Shown piece by piece: positions 22,749 through 24,000 of a stretch of 24,000 nucleotides of DNA. Both the position numbers and the translations under genes were made by a program. The stretch comes from an uncultured Actinomycetota bacterium (lineage in GTDB: Bacteria > Actinomycetota > Actinomycetes > Mycobacteriales > Jatrophihabitantaceae). Within the stretch, counting starts at the first letter, position 1; each line of letters begins with the position of its first letter. Under the pieces are notes generated by a model. The model was not told the origin of the DNA. It made no database searches and worked only from the letters and a program-made list of their open reading frames with translations. The stretch is from NCBI GenBank assembly GCA_963775175.1, contig CAVZHT010000001.1, positions 2,434,940-2,458,939 of the forward strand. Direction: 5' to 3'.

Positions 22749-23917
22749 AGGCCGTCGCGTGCCGGGGCGGCGAGCTCGCCGTCGTCGACCGGCCGACACC
22801 CACACCGGCCCGTGGCCAGCTGCTGCTCGAGGTGCTGCGCTGCGGCATCTGCGGGTCGGACCTGCACGCCCGCCGGCACAGCGACGCCCTGGCCGACATC
22901 ACCGCCGAGGTCGGCTACGACGGGATCTTCCGCTCCGACCAGCCCGTCGTGCTCGGCCACGAGTTCTGCGGCGAGGTGCTCGACCACGGCCCGAAGACCG
23001 GCAAGTCGCTGCGGGCCGGGACGAGAGTGGTGGCCTTCCCGCTGCTGCGGGCCGGCGGCGGCATCCACCCGACCGGGCTGTCGGTCTCGGCGCCCGGCGG
23101 CTACGCCGAGCAGCTGCTCGTCGAGGAGTCGCTGACCTTCGCCGTGCCCAACGGCCTGCCCACCGAGCTCGCCACGCTCACCGAGCCGATGGCCGTCGGG
23201 CTGCACGCCGTTCGCCGCAGCGACATCGGCAAGGGTCAGGTGGCGGTGGTCGTCGGCTGCGGACCGGTCGGGCTCGCGGTCATCTGCATGCTCAAGGCCA
23301 ACGGCATGCGGACGGTCGTGGCCAGTGACTTCTCGGCCGGTCGCCGGGCGCTGGCCGCGGCCTGCGGCGCCGACGTGGTCGTCGACCCGGCCGACGGTTC
23401 GCCGTTCGACGCCGCGGCCGGGCACGGCCACCTCGAGTCGGCCCCCGACGTGTTCGACCTCGCGGTCGGCACCATGGAGAAGCTGCGCCGGCTCCCGCTC
23501 GTCCCGTGGTGGCGGGTCTGGCAGGCCGCCGAGCTGGTCGGTGCCGCCACCCCGAAGCACCCGGTCGTCTTCGAGTGCGTCGGCGTCCCCGGCGTGCTCG
23601 ACCAGCTCATCAGCACCGCGCCCTTCTTCGCCCGCCTGGTCGTCGTCGGGGTGTGCATGGAGCCGGACCGGATCCGCCCGGCCATGGCGATCAACAAGGA
23701 GATCGACCTGCGCTTCGTCCTCGGCTACACGCCGCTCGAGTTCCGGGACGCGCTGCACCTGCTCGCCGAGGGCAGGGTGAACGCCGCTCCGGTCGTCACC
23801 GGCGCCGTCGGGCTGGGCGGGGTGGATGCGGCGTTCACCGCGCTGGCCGACCCCGAGACCCACGCCAAGATCCTCATCGACCCGAAGTCCGCCGGGTCGG
23901 AGGTCGGGCGGCCGTAG
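22745..23917 (+). CDS. Zinc-dependent alcohol dehydrogenase family (MDR) oxidoreductase
   Basis: It has 'LRCGICGSDLH' and 'GHEFCGEV' catalytic-zinc motifs and the Rossmann motif 'VVVGCGPVGLAV'. At 390 aa it is longer than typical family members. Confidence 0.85.
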   Translation: MKAVACRGGELAVVDRPTPTPARGQLLLEVLRCGICGSDLHARRHSDALADITAEVGYDGIFRSDQPVVLGHEFCGEVLDHGPKTGKSLRAGTRVVAFPLLRAGGGIHPTGLSVSAPGGYAEQLLVEESLTFAVPNGLPTELATLTEPMAVGLHAVRRSDIGKGQVAVVVGCGPVGLAVICMLKANGMRTVVASDFSAGRRALAAACGADVVVDPADGSPFDAAAGHGHLESAPDVFDLAVGTMEKLRRLPLVPWWRVWQAAELVGAATPKHPVVFECVGVPGVLDQLISTAPFFARLVVVGVCMEPDRIRPAMAINKEIDLRFVLGYTPLEFRDALHLLAEGRVNAAPVVTGAVGLGGVDAAFTALADPETHAKILIDPKSAGSEVGRP

Positions 23918-24000
23918 CGGCGCGCAGGTCCTTGACCGCGGCGATGTCGGCCGCCTGCTCGCGGTCCTGGGTCTCGACGACCATCGGCACCCGCCGCGTC
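23874..24000 (-). CDS. 3' end of an unidentified minus-strand gene (partial, runs off the window)
   Basis: The minus-strand frame reads '...TRRVPMVVETQDREQAADIAAVKDLRAAATAARPPTRRTSGR*' with near-uniform GC3 from 24000 down to about 23915. The stop TGA is the complement of 23874-23876. The 3' tail would overlap the ADH gene end by 44 nt. It is too short to assign a family. Confidence 0.35.
   Translation of the reverse strand, partial: TRRVPMVVETQDREQAADIAAVKDLRAATAARPPTRRTSGR

Noticed and set aside
1-24000. Mobile elements, prophage or defence islands, CRISPR arrays, tRNA/rRNA genes
   Set aside because: I found no integrase, transposase or recombinase-like translations, no terminal inverted repeats or regularly spaced repeats, and no tRNA-like cloverleaf candidates in the short intergenic gaps. 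By eye the composition is uniform apart from the spacers noted above.

Overview
This is a very GC-rich chromosomal segment of actinobacterial type (judged by eye, not computed). It is densely packed with about 25 protein-coding genes. I saw no rRNA, tRNA, CRISPR array, integrase or transposase. Gene calls rest on strong third-codon-position GC bias, recognisable family motifs read from the translations, Shine-Dalgarno (SD) sequences and start/stop overlaps. The many long opposite-strand ORFs are GC-driven shadow ORFs.

Gene order:
- A partner-switching pair: STAS antagonist and RsbW-like kinase (19-689).
- A divergent six-gene membrane/glycoconjugate cluster (707-7232). It contains a CDP-alcohol phosphatidyltransferase::LtaS-like fusion facing an MDR (medium-chain dehydrogenase/reductase) oxidoreductase, a PTPS-like (6-pyruvoyl-tetrahydropterin synthase-like) protein, a GT4 glycosyltransferase, a flippase-like protein and a RibD_C reductase.
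- DUF309 (7255-7728).
- An extracytoplasmic PHM/DBH-type copper monooxygenase lipoprotein (peptidylglycine alpha-hydroxylating monooxygenase / dopamine beta-hydroxylase type), followed by a DoxX-Rieske fusion (7766-10170).
- A 616-bp G-tract-rich spacer holding an untracked 43-codon ORF (10171-10786).
- A secreted beta-helix protein, an alpha/beta hydrolase, a membrane protein, a PAC2 protein, a luciferase-like (LLM, probably F420-dependent) oxidoreductase and a DinB-like protein.
- A YjjI/YjjW-type glycyl-radical enzyme plus activase (16261-18514).
- Divergent from that pair, an HTH-less LacI-core/PAS/GGDEF/EAL protein (18668-22096).
- A hypothetical protein coupled to a Zn-ADH (22143-23917).

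Best candidates for undescribed biology:
1. The 707-7232 cluster. Two of its adjacent genes carry single-nucleotide frameshifts here.
2. The copper monooxygenase plus DoxX-Rieske pair, as a possible quinol-driven, ascorbate-independent monooxygenase system.
3. The orphan-function YjjI/YjjW glycyl-radical pair next to a sugar-sensor-type c-di-GMP enzyme.
4. The G17/G-quadruplex-motif spacer with a small ORF.

All functional links are inference from sequence and family knowledge. No searches were run.
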